A stretch of 64,000 nucleotides of DNA from the NCBI GenBank assembly GCA_020891255.1, contig BQFW01000003.1, positions 806,001-870,000 on the forward strand, read 5' to 3'. Under the pieces are notes generated by a model. It did no database searches. It was not told the origin of the DNA and saw only the letters and a list, made by a program, of their open reading frames with translations. Source of the stretch: Entomortierella parvispora E1425 (Eukaryota; Fungi; Mortierellomycota). This document shows positions 1-12,178 of this stretch, piece after piece. Every line of letters begins with the position of its first letter. Position 1 is the first letter of the stretch. A program made the translations under genes and the position numbers.

Positions 1-3000
1 TTACAGGTGGAAGCTCAGTCAAGAGAACTTGCTTGGGGATATTCCTCAAGACATGCGAGAGGGCAATCAAGAAGTTATGACGCACTTCATCCTTTGAACT
101 CTCAAAGCCCTTGACAAGGACAGGGATACAGTAGTTGAAGAACCTTTGCTTGTACAAGAGCTAGAAATTGCAGAAATTTAAAATCAAAGAACGCGGTCAG
201 ATCTAAAAAAAATGATATGAGAAAGCGAGAAAAAAAGAGGTGATAGTTTCAACTTACGCGAAGGACAGCAAAGGTTTCCTTGGTCAACACATCACGCTGC
301 TCGCCAATGACAAGGTTGAAGCCATCCGCTGCAATCTTGCCCAACCTTGGTACTGCGAAGATGTTCATCAACTCGCCCGTCATGTCATAGCCGAGGCTGT
401 TGGTGCTCAACACCAAGGCCTTGGTGATCCAGGTGTACATGATCAAAGCAGCCTCGCGGGCCTCGAAGGAGGCCTGCTCCTGTCGAATGATCAAATGAAG
501 CTCTGGGATTAAGGTCTGACCAATGAACGACTCGAGCACATTGGCCTTGTTATACTTGTTGAGAATAGTCGCCACAGCCTTGGACAAAGCCGTGCGTTGG
601 GTAACATTGGCAGTCTTGATCGCCACCTCAACCAAAGAGCCTGTGAACTGCTGGAGATTTTCGACGGGCAATGTTGTTTGCTGACGGCAGCCATCAATAA
701 CAGTGGAAAAAAGGGTAGCGGTGTTTTGTTGAGAGACTCTGCCAATCGCGCTCAATGGACTAAAGGCGACATCGCCTGCGTTTGCCTGGTAGGCTGGTAC
801 GATGGCGAGGTCTCCGTGGACAAAGATATTGAAAATGGACTTCACAAACTCGTTTTGGGCGCTAATTAGGTTAATTGGCAATAAAAGTCAGAAACGAGCA
901 AGTATTCCGCTTTTTGAAAACATCTCCACATTGAAGTATACAAAAAACACTTACGCAGTTTCGACATGAACCATCACCACACGGGTAATGCCAGCAACGA
1001 CCTCCAGGATTTCTGCATTCTTCATGATATGGTCGGCATCATCCTGAGTCAAGGTTGGTGCAATGCACTTGCCGATCAGCTGTGGGACCAAGTTGCTCAA
1101 ATATTGCGGGAGATCAGCATGCTTGCGCTCGGCCTTGGATCGGAGAAGAACCAAGAGTGTTGTAAGCAAGGCAATGGGGTAAGTGGTGCTGGATCCGTTA
1201 AAGTCGGCAGAAACCTGGTCAATCTTTTCCAGAACCTGGGGCACAACATCGGCAAAGAGTGTAGGTTCCATGCCGATCTTGGTCACAGCGTTCAGAATAT
1301 ACTCGGGGCTCTTTCGTTGCACAACAGTGTCGACCTCCATGTCGTTCTGAGTGGTGGGGAGCATCTCAAAGAAAGCGGGCAAAGCCATCGATCGGACAAC
1401 CCCTGGCATGATCAAAGCCAATGAGGCCAAAGACTCCAATGCAGTCTCCCTACGATTGTGAGCACATTTTAGTACTGAATAACGACAAAAAGCAAAGCGG
1501 AGCAAACTCCCAAGTTCTTACTGCAACTCTGAGTCTGGATCCTCCAGGACGATACGAACAAAATATTGAACGGCGTATGAAATCTCTGTCTCTGAGAGGA
1601 ACTCGCGGAGCAAAATCATTCCATGCAGGCCCTTCACTCCAGCAAGTCTCAACGCGTTGTACTCGTTCGATGAAAGGAGAGCATTGGTGAAAAGCTCAAA
1701 GAAGCGATCCTTAAACGTCAAAAGAGGGGTAACAAAGTCGGAATCGTCTAAATATTTTTAAAGTGTCCCAATACAGATTCATGTTAGTTTGAGGGACCGG
1801 CACCCAAGATATCCAGCAACTCGATGGACTTACGTTCGGTGGGCTGTCCAGCGGTTCCATAGAGCACACGACTCGCCTCCAAAAAGTCGAGGAGGACATC
1901 CAGCAACGCCTTCTTCCGCGTGGATTGTTCGCTGGTTGTATACTGGGAGAGGAGAGTGGGGATCGTCGCAAGGGTAATCGCAGTGCAAGCAGGATCTATG
2001 TCACCAATGAACAAAAAAACGCGTCAGTCCCGAGATATGAAATACCGATCAAATTCCATGAGTAAAGTATCTCTCAAAAGACATACCGGATGCCATAGCG
2101 CAGGCCTTCAAGATCTTTCCACTGGGCTTGGCAAGCTTGAGTTCTGGCTTTTGAAGTTGTGTCATGCAGTCGGTGATAATAGGTCTCAAGAATTTCTCCA
2201 CAGGGTCGTTTGTGCCTCCCATGCTGACGCCCATAGAAAGTTCTGTTGTGATAACCTGTAGTGTGTTCAAGGCAACCTGTTCAAGCTCATCTCCTGTAGC
2301 GTGGAAGATCTATGTCCAATGAGCAACAAAAACATAAGTTTTTTTTTTTTTTTTTTTTTTTTTCGAAATGTGAGCAGAAGCACATCCCCGTTTCCGCTCT
2401 TTTTGGCTCCCGAGCTTTACCTCATTCTGAAGTCCACTCCACAGCTCCTCCGCATAGGGAGTGAGAGCAGAGGATCCGTAGACTGGTGCGCAAGCGGCGA
2501 TCGTCTCCATGGAATCTTTCTATCGGGTTCAAACGTAAGGATATTTAAAGTTTAGGCTCATTTCAAGCCGGGACCTTCCTCAGAGTCACCTTCGGCGGAC
2601 GCAGTCCTTTGTTCTGATATCTCGTCACCCTTTACCTTGGCGCTTCCTGAGCTAGAGGACAGTTTCTCCAGCAACAACGGCAACGCAAACTTGGCAAAGT
2701 AGGGTGTTGCTGACAGACAGTCACGAAGACCGATCTTCAAGTGTTCGGAGGTGATACCATAGGGATCATCAGGAGGAGGTCTAAATGTGATAGGGAAGTA
2801 ACAGAATGTCACCTCAAAGAGATCCTGTGGTTGAATCAAAGATGAGTCCTAGGTGAGTGCTCTGATCTTGCGAAGCGAAAAAGATCTGTTAACTCCTAAT
2901 GCCACTGTTTTCACGTACCTCAACGTGCTGGGCAATATCAAATTCCTGAATAATATGTTTGATAAGGGTGAAAGCCAACATGAGATTCCTTGGGTCCTTT

Positions 3001-4060
3001 TCGCCATCGAGACACTGAATAAAGCCAAACACAAAGTCTGCAGACATGGATCGAAGACCTAGGACGTGAATAGAAAATCGAATAGAATCATTTAGAAATA
3101 CAGTCTTTAACCAGATTGTCAATTGCTGTCCCCCTTATTGACTGCTTGCATACTCTGGGTGTAGTTTTTGATGGCAGATTCGAAAAACAAAAAGACGTAG
3201 TGGCGAGCAGTTTGTTGATATGTTTGCACATTGACAAGTGCCAGGATGCTAGACGAGAGGAACGATGGCGCATTGTTAGCACGCAATCATGACGAAAAAA
3301 GGCGGTGAAAGTATCGTGATCTTCCCGCCAAGGATAAAACAGAGTCGTCTCTTACGCCTTGACTGCCTTGACACAGTCCACACCTGTGAACTTGTCGAAA
3401 GTAGAAAGCGCCAAAAGACCCTTCAAAAGCTCTGGCACGCATGCTTGATCCGTAAGTCTGTCGCAAAAAAATTCAACCAAGACGGTGACTAGCGGGGAAG
3501 GGAATCGGGATTGTGAGCTACGACGATAAGGCAAAAGTAATGGTCATATCCGCAGGCCAAATGGGGCAATGGCTATAATACCTGCGCTGGCATTAATCTT
3601 TGATTGATCCAAGGTGGCGAGAGTAGTGGACAAGAGGGCCGTGGCTATCAAAGCACAAGCAAGAGGAAAGGAAGGGAGAAAAAGGTCAGAGCGAGACGCA
3701 TATCAGATCAGACAGGAGTGAAACAGCGCAATCGCCGATCCAGCCACGAGCAAACGAGTCAGTCTGTCCACTTGCCTTTTGACCGCACAAAGGCCTCGTC
3801 GCTGGTCAGGTACTCGCCGAGTCCCTGCACCAACATGAGCAGCTTGGCGGGGTTTGTGCCGACATCTAAATGGGCGTGACAATCGAAGAGGAGGATCAGG
3901 AGTCAGTCTTGGAAAGTGCACGGGTCCAGCGAGAAGAAGAAAAAAAAGAAAAGAGGAAATGTGTGCAGTCAGTACCCCTGACGATGTCCTGGATCGCAGC
4001 GTCAGCCTGCTGCTGCGAGTCGGTCTGGGCGAGGATGTAGGTAGAGATGAGCCTGTCCAT
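1..4060 (-). CDS. MMS19: MMS19/MET18 cytosolic Fe-S assembly (CIA) targeting factor; multi-exon, 3' end runs off the window
   Basis: Spliced N-terminus MDRLISTYILAQ...LLMLVQGLGEYLTSDEAFVRSK...VEFFCDRLTD, then DGEKDPRNLMLAF and DLFEVTFCYFPITFRPPPDDPYGIT, with C-terminal HEAT-like exons (LYKQRFF...NIPKQVLLTELPP). These match MMS19 family motifs. Confidence 0.93.
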
Positions 4061-4780
4061 GGTCGAGTTGGGATCCCTGGGACTGAGGGCAAGAGAGCAA
4101 AGGAAGGGAGAGAGGAGGGGAGAGGAGGGGAATGAGGGAACGAGGGGGACAGCGATGGATGGGGAAGAAGAAGGAAGGGAATGTGCGTCCCTGTCTCTTC
4201 GTCAGTGCTGTCAGTCAGCCAGTGCTGCAAAGATTGCTTGCTTTGCGTTCGAGGGAGGGAGGGAGGGAGTCAACTCCAAAAAAACTGGATCCAGGATTTG
4301 ATCATGTGATGTGATCACTCTTTATCTGATCCTCGTCACGTGTCTCTCTTTTCGGTGCTGCTGAATGCTGATGATGATCACAGAGTCGCGTTTGGTCCTT
4401 CCTTCCTTTGGACAGCACAAAACGTCGCGACCATCGACCCAACATGCTAGATTGCCACTGGACCTTCGGCCTTCGGAAGCTGCTTCGGGGAATGTCACCC
4501 AAACGCTGCGCACTGAATGAGTATGTCTATGTGTCTGTTTGTTTGCTGTCTGTCTTCTGTCTACACGCATATCCACAAAAGGTCATTCTTCTCCTTCACC
4601 ATGCTCTTGCGGCGCAATCCGCCGCGGCCGACTGTGGCGTTGAAGCGGGCTGTCGATCGCGCTCCTTTGCTCAGACCGTAAAAACGCCGCTCTTATTTTC
4701 TTATTTTTTTTCCTTCTTTTCTTCATTCATTCACCTTCTTATTCCCTTCTCCACACTCATTCACCCCACTCCATTGCGCA

Positions 4781-5700
4781 ATGTATGACCTTCCAGACCT
4801 CAACCGCTACGTCGAAGTCCGCCCCGGCCTGTTCAGATGCACTATTATCTGGCCCGTCGCCCCCGGCGTCGCTGTGCCCGTCTCGACCTTCTTGGTCAGA
4901 GGCAACACTGTGACTTCAGGCCCACAGCCAGCGCACGAGTGGCTCCTCATTGACTCTGGAGACCCAACCCAGCCAGAAAAGTTGCTGCAGGCCATCTCTG
5001 AAGTCTTGACTCACGAAAAGGACACGCTTCGATACATCTGCATCACCCACGGACATCTCGACCACACCGGTGCAGCCCCTGCTCTACTCGAAAAGTACCC
5101 AGAGGCTAAAGCTGTCATTCACGCAGAAGAGAAGCCCTTCATTTGTGAAGGCAAGAGTTTCCGGAGCGTGACCACCGACACATGGACCTTTGCCATCCTG
5201 AAGCACTTTTCACACGAGTCCAAGGTCAAGTTGCCAGAAAACAGAGTCATTACTCTTCGTGATGGCGACAAGTGGGAATTTGACCATGTCCTCAAGTTTG
5301 TGGAGACACATGGACATACACCTGGTATGTAGTTTCTTTCGCGCTCCGGCTCTTCCATCCTCGGCAGCCGCTTCTCAAGGAGATCTAACTAACCAGAACT
5401 TGACACCTCCAATTTTTTTTTGTAGGATCCGCCTCTTTTGTTCATATTCCTTCGCGCTCCATCATGGTCGGTGATGCAGTGATGAACATTGCTGCCAATC
5501 CCATGTTCTCAAAGATACCCTGTATTTCAGGACCCATGGCTATGTCAACCTGCCATTGGGGCAACGCTATGAAGGCTATCGACAAGATTCTGACATACCG
5601 TGGCGAAGTTGACACTGTTTTCCCAGCACACGACTACAATGCAAACGGTGTCCCAATTGACGAAGTGCACGAGTTCCATCGTCCTGGCACTCATCTTTAG
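4781..5700 (+). CDS. Metallo-beta-lactamase-fold hydrolase, about 272 aa (exons 4781-5324, 5426-5700)
   Basis: HxHxDH motif THGHLDH, plus HGHTPG, VGDA and PAHD ligands. A GT..AG intron joins the two ORFs in frame. Confidence 0.88.
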
Positions 5701-7800
5701 GATCTGGCGCAAACCAATAGTGCTTTGGCAGGGCGTTATCATCATTCTATCCGTAATAAAACTTCTATACCCCTTGACAAAAACAACATCTGTTTGTACT
5801 GCTTACATCTCACGCCAATGTGACAAAGAATTACCTCGCTGTCTTTTGTCCACATCGCCATTGTGTGTCCACTTCGTGAGGCCATTGATTTCGACCAGTT
5901 GCCGATATGAACTGCAAGCATTGGTGACATCAGTCCATGGGCCAATGGTTAAGACATCCTCCGATGCAGCAAATGTTTGCGAACACCGGTCTATCCTGGA
6001 GTATCTTCCGTCATCGCAAGTTCATGCATTTGCTCCTGCTTGTGCTCGTCATTGCTTGTCTTCGTAGCCGGGCCGATCTTCATAACGGATGCCATGTTGT
6101 TTCTTCTTTCATCGATATCAAAATTTCCTTGTCCGACTGTCCGTGCGATAAGGCTCGTGAGAACAAGGTCCCAAGCCCGCGAAGCTGCTTTTTTTGTTTG
6201 TTCTCGCTGTCAAATGTCATTCCCGAATCCAAGTTTCCTTTGAAAGTGGTCGAGGTCCGGGTACAGACTGTCTGTTGTTTCAGAAAATAAAAACGACTCC
6301 AGATGCTACCAGTCCAGAGATACACCGCAAAGTCAAAGAGCTTTATTCAAACAGCAAAAAAAAAAAAAAAAAAAAAAAAGGATTTTTAACTGATTAACTT
6401 CACATGCATCCTGGAACATTGGTCCTACAAATACGGGCTCTGGGCAATGACAACTTGACAGCCGTTGGAAAAAAGAGTTCCCGCACGCACGCACGTTTGT
6501 TGTTGTTGTGCACAGAGTTAGATTCGGCTCTCGGTCGATTTTAACGACAACCCTCCGGAGGTTAAGGTACAGAGAAAGCCTCAAAGAAGATACAGGAGGA
6601 CCATGGCTTCCTAAATGCAAAGTTTAAGTACAAGGGCAAGACCACCTTCTCATTCCTTCTATTGCGCAACTTTACTCCAGAAGAGTACTACAGTCAATGG
6701 ATTGTAAAATGAATTCGCTCATCTCGCCATGATCATCACCATCACCGTTTCGCAATTTCGTTCGTCGGGACAGTCTTTAGTTCGTCTTGTCTATGCCGTT
6801 GGAGCCCCCGAGTTAATATCATGACTGGACGTTTTCTATCACTGGTCTTTGTTTGATGGTCGGCGGTTAAATGAGCCCTCCGATGCATCATAGCCGAGAA
6901 GAGAACATGCGACAGCCAAGGCAAAGATAGCCATTCTCTATGGCCATATCACACCACCCACGGATTTCGAGGACCGTTGGCGTGATTGCAACAGGTCCCT
7001 GTCTCCCTTCTGGACATCGTTTTTTGTCCATTTTTGCCTGACTTCACTAATAATTTCATAGGGCTGAGGCATTGGACTGTGCTCGTTTTGGTGGTCGCGC
7101 GACTAATGAACAGCCCGATCGCATACCAGTTAGATAATCGATTCATTGCGTTTCCCAACTGAATAGGAAAGATGATTGAACCATGTGGCTCCTGTCGTCA
7201 CTGTATTACTCCCCAGAAACACATCAGGCCCGGGCCCAAGGTACATCCCAGCGTCAGAACGATGACCAAGATCTGAGGGCGAAAGGAGAAATACGTCGGA
7301 TTGTCATCGTGAGCACATGTGCACACCTTGCGCGGAAGGACCACTTTGTTCGAGAAAAGGTACCCTGATGGAACGAGATAGGAATGTCGAGGCGGAGCTT
7401 TGTTTCGTTCAACTGGGCTGAATAGAATGAGTGAGCACTTAACTGACATTATTTCCCTCCATTCTCACTTACCGTAACATCCACCCACCGTCCTTTAACT
7501 GGTGTTTGCTCATAGAGTCCTTCATACCTCTGCACCTCCACTGCTACTCATGGAGATCACCCGACTTATTAAAATAAAAAGGTATCGCCCGTCAAACAAC
7601 TCAATATCCATCTGCCCAATTCAATTTCTCCTGTCTTTTTGCTCCTTCAATCCACCTGCAACCACGCTGCTTGCTCATTTCTTCCACCCGGTTTTATCTC
7701 CAACCCACAAATTCTTCTAAAAGCCATCACTCCCCCGCCCATTCCCTCCTTCATCCCCTCATTTTTCATATCACTTTTTCTTTTTTTCCAAACAACCATC

Positions 7801-9456
7801 ATGACCACCTCCATGTTCAAGACCGGAATGAACAGGTCCCTACTGACCAAGGACTTTTTTCAGACCATCCTTGATCGAGCATATGGCCCCCGTGCTGTTC
7901 AAACAAAGTCATGGTCCGAGAGAGAGCTCGACTCATCATCAAGCATCCTGAGCAGCATCAGCTCCGGTGATGATGATGACAACGACGATGATTATAGTCA
8001 AGAACCAGCTGCTCTTTCCACAGCATCCTCAGACGAAAAGGAACCGTGCCCGATGAACGACATGACGGGCCATTTTTTGTACAAGATCGAATACACAAGC
8101 TCATCAACCCACACCCGCTCTTCACCATCCTCATCAACATCATCAACATCATCACGGTCCCCACTCTATCTCGATCCATTCTCGTCCCCATTCGCCGGTG
8201 CGGCTTCTTCCAGCTCAATTTCTATCGCAGCCACAAGTCAAACAGACACGCAGCTCGCTTGTACGACCCCCTCATCAGACGAAGGCGAGCTTTGGGTCGT
8301 GATCAAATCCAAACCCATCGACACGGCTCTGATCGAGCTCACAAACATCATGGCCCAGCTTCAAGGCGGTGATCTGGCGGACGAATACGAAATGGTCAAG
8401 GACATGACCGGGTTCAAGAACAGTCATGTTCGCGAAATGGAGCTAGCCGAGCTGTCATGGGAGGTTCAAGGGGCCATGGAGAGGATCTCTACCAAGGTCT
8501 ACAATGTCCTTCGAAACGATAGTCAACAACTCTACGCCCTCTGCCTTGAGTACTTGGACCCCTCCATGGGCAACATCACCCATCTCAACAGTACCGATTC
8601 GGCCCTGACTGCTTGGTCACCCAATGACATTCACCTGGTGATGCGAGACTTGGCTTCCTTCCATGCTCAGTTCCTGGGTCAAGAAGAACGCCTTCTAGAC
8701 ATGTCATTTCTCGAGAATCCTACGCGATCCTCGATGAAGACGCTGCGCCCCGCGTACGAGGCTATGATCAAGACCAATGGCAAGAATGATCCAGAGCTTT
8801 TCTCTAGTTATCTGACCCAGTGCACACTTGAATACCTCGCTCATTCGGACGAACACTGGGCCACAATAGAGAGAAATCCAAGGACTTTGGTAAATATCTC
8901 TTTCTTTTTGTTTGTCATTGTCGACACTTGCGCTCTCTAGCAGTCGTGATTCTAACGTCTTTTTTTTTTTTTTTTTTTTTTTGTTCAGATTCATGGTGAT
9001 TTCAACACGCGAAATATCTGCATGCGACTCGATCCTAGCACTGGCGCACAGACTCTGTGCGCCTATGACTGGGAGCTAGCCTGCTGTCAAGTACCCCAGC
9101 GCGATGTCGTCGAGTTTCTTGCGTTTGTGCTCCCTCCAGGCTCGAATGAGTGGGAACATTACATTGAGTACCACCGCTTGGCCCTCAAAGAAGCATACAA
9201 GAAGCAGTGCTCATCATTGTCGTCACAGTCTTCGCGACAAGTGACCATTCCGTCGTCACAAGAGTATGCAGAGGCGGCGAAAATTGCCCTCATGGACTTT
9301 GCGTCCCTCCGTCTGGCTATGTACGGTATCTCCAATTCGTTCAAGAGTGTAGATTGGCTTCCAAGAATTATCCAGTCGGTTGAAGGACAGCTGAAGAAGA
9401 TGGGCCCCCTGCGATCTCGGCACAGCGACAGAGTCCTCCAGTATGCCAAGTTCTAA
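7801..9456 (+). CDS. APH/choline-kinase-like small-molecule phosphotransferase, about 518 aa (exons 7801-8889, 8989-9456)
   Basis: Splicing restores the catalytic loop IHGDFNTRN (HxDxxxxN), followed by YDWE. N-lobe VVIKSK. Ser/Asp-rich insertions in the N-terminal part. Confidence 0.8.
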
Positions 9457-9793
9457 AAGTGGTTTCCATTCGACTGCAGCGACCCTGATTCATTTATTAC
9501 CCTCACCCAAAGCACATCCCTTTGCATTTCATTCACCATCGCATTTAGACCACGCCCCAAAAGTATTATGAATAAACGACGTTATACCGCGTTATCATGA
9601 GTTCATTTCCATGTTTGGCGGTTGCGAACCTCTTTGAGAACCACACCCATCGATGAAGCAGAGAAATAGTCGTCTAAGTGCATGCATGCACAAGACTGTA
9701 CTCAGAGGAGACGTTCAATAATTGCAGTGGAAGTGAGGGGAGGTTCCTTTTTTATTTTTATTTTGTTGTCTATCATGGGAGTGTGTCATGTCA

Positions 9794-11154
9794 TCATATA
9801 TTCGTCTTTTCTGTTTCCGCCTTCAAGATGGTTTCGATCACGAATCGGCGATAAAAGTACGTTCTGTCCTTGGCCGTGGCAGCATCTGACAACTCTACCT
9901 CAGAGCGGATCAAGTCCTTGAGGGCCTCGGGTCTTTCTCTTGGCACAAACAAGTTCCAATAGCAGATTCTGGCATCCTTGGTACCCTTCTTGTGGATGGC
10001 TTCCAAGAAGGTCTTGAACAGATCTTCTCCCATCCACTCAAAGATATCTGAGAGGTTGTATCCATCAAACTCGCCACTCTCCTCCGATTGAAGGTACTTG
10101 AGCACATCGGCTTGCTTCAAGGTCACGCGATCGATCCTAGACCGGATCGTGTCATAGTTCTCTCGTACCAGATAATCTGGCAAAGAGTTCTTGCCCGCCT
10201 GCTGGCCAGTGAAGACATACTCGGCGTAGAAGTTGTCCTGAAGAGGAATGTTTCTGATGCCGTTGTTGATCTTGCCCAAAAGGAAAGCGCCCACGTCAAG
10301 ACGAACGTGCTCGAAAAACTTTGGATCACGTCCAAGATGTCCCAGTGACATTTGACCAAAGAAGACACGAGTACCTGCACGCCAGATCCAAGTGTTCCAG
10401 ACAGAATCAAAGTACTTGATCTGCTCGGGTTGGTTCTGACCATTCAGTAGTGTTCGGGTGGCGGCCTGGGAGTGGCACAGGGGAAGGACGTACTTCCTGT
10501 AGAGACCAAAGAACCGCTCGAGACGGCCAATGTGAATGATCTTGTTGCGGATCAGCTCCAGGTTCTCGTCCCAATACCGCCGGTGCTCGGCATTGGTCAA
10601 CGCCACGCGGACCTTGTCCTGGTAAAGATGGACCCGTCCCTCAACCCCAATGTCGTGGCCATTAAACTCAAAGCCAAGGAGCTGGGTGAACTCTTCGTAT
10701 TCCAATGTCTTGTAGGCAGCAATCTTCAAAGCGCACAAGGCCAACTGAGCGGGGCTGAAATCTGGAAGACGAGATAAAAAAAAAGTGAGTGAGGGGAGGA
10801 ACAAAATAAAGATTTTCGCTTTTTGATTGGCGTCCATTTCTTACCGATGGCAACAACTTCACGAGCATCGTCAAGGAGAAGTGCAAAAGCATTGTCACCA
10901 GCAGAAGCGATACTGAGGACTCTGCTTTGGGGCTTCAATCGGAGACCCTGGCGCAAGAGGCGGGTGTCCTCCCAGACCTGGGAATAGCGGATCTTTGAAA
11001 AGTCGACCGTTGCCTCTACGGTGGCATCTTTGCTGGACTGGACCGTCTTGCGACCCAGGGATTCGTGATAGAGCTGGACTAGCGTCGAGATGATGCGGAT
11101 ATGAAGAGGCAGAGCCTTCTGTGGTGCAGCTGCCGTTGTTGATGTGGTCGTCAT
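9794..11154 (-). CDS. Stand-alone BtaA/DUF3419-family SAM-dependent 3-amino-3-carboxypropyl-transferase-like protein, about 425 aa (exons 11154-10845, 10761-9794)
   Basis: IRYSQVWEDTRLL, RVLSIASAGDNAFALLL, spliced VVAIDFSPAQLAL, NLSDIFEWM and RICYWNL are DUF3419/BtaA-type motifs. No separate BtaB methyltransferase domain. Confidence 0.8.
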
Positions 11155-12178
11155 GTCTTGTCTTTCTTTTGTTTCGTGAGCGATTAAGTGTTTCCTTGGT
11201 TGAATAGAGAGAGAAAAGGGGAAAGAGAGTAAAGTTGAACTTTTTATTTCCTCAGCTTGAAAGGAGGGTGATCAGCTTCACATGCGACCGTTATTCTTCC
11301 CTGATGGGTGGTCGGAGGTATGTGCGGTCGGCACTGCTCTCTCTCCGTCCAAGGTGCTTAATGGCGAGAAGAGGTGTCGGCCCTCTTGTGTCAGTTTCGT
11401 CTTTCTCGCTTGATGGCAAGACCAAGGCTAGTTCTTTTGTGCATTCCATGTCCGCACTGAATTGAAAAAGAAGCCCAAAAGATACAGGGGGACACATGTC
11501 GCTCACAATTCATGAATCATGAACCAGCCCACTCCAAGAAATGAACAAACAGACAGCTGCTCTCGTCTTAACTCAGTTAACTTAATTGAAAGGAGGATCA
11601 ATTGAATCGCACAGAATGAAAGCGCCATCGAACCATGTCCGAACACAATCATTCTTTACCATTTGGAGAGATACATCTGCTTGCCTCTTGGTTGCATGCA
11701 CGCTTGCGTCTGTGCCTGCGACCTTGATCCACAAAGCGTTAGCCCCGTTATCTGCTGTTGTTTCCTCTTTCTGTCCGCCAAAACTCATACTGACGTTGAA
11801 CTGCGTCCGGCACAGTCAATGCATGGCCGACAGCTCCACTCCATCCTCGGTCGGCTCTGTATTCTTCCGTTCACATTCTTGCTTCATGGCATGGTCCTTC
11901 CTCTTTGTTCTTCACACTGCCTCTTGTCCTCCTGATTCCCTCTTCTTTTTACGCCCAATCTTTCAGCTCGATCGCCATCCATGCATTATAACCACTTTTA
12001 ATGACCCTCGCCACTGGACAGCTGACCTCCAACTCTTATTCATATTTCCCTCCCCTGCAATCTAACGACCCCCCTCCACATCAAGAACATTCATTTTAAA
12101 CCTCACTTGCCCAACGAGCGAGTAACGTCCTCTTCACCCCCTTCTCTACCAACAAGACACTACGCTAAAGCACTCAGG

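Noticed and set aside
9794-11154. Assigning the symbol BTA1 (DGTS synthase)
   Set aside because: Too short and lacks the fused methyltransferase domain; the substrate is unproven.
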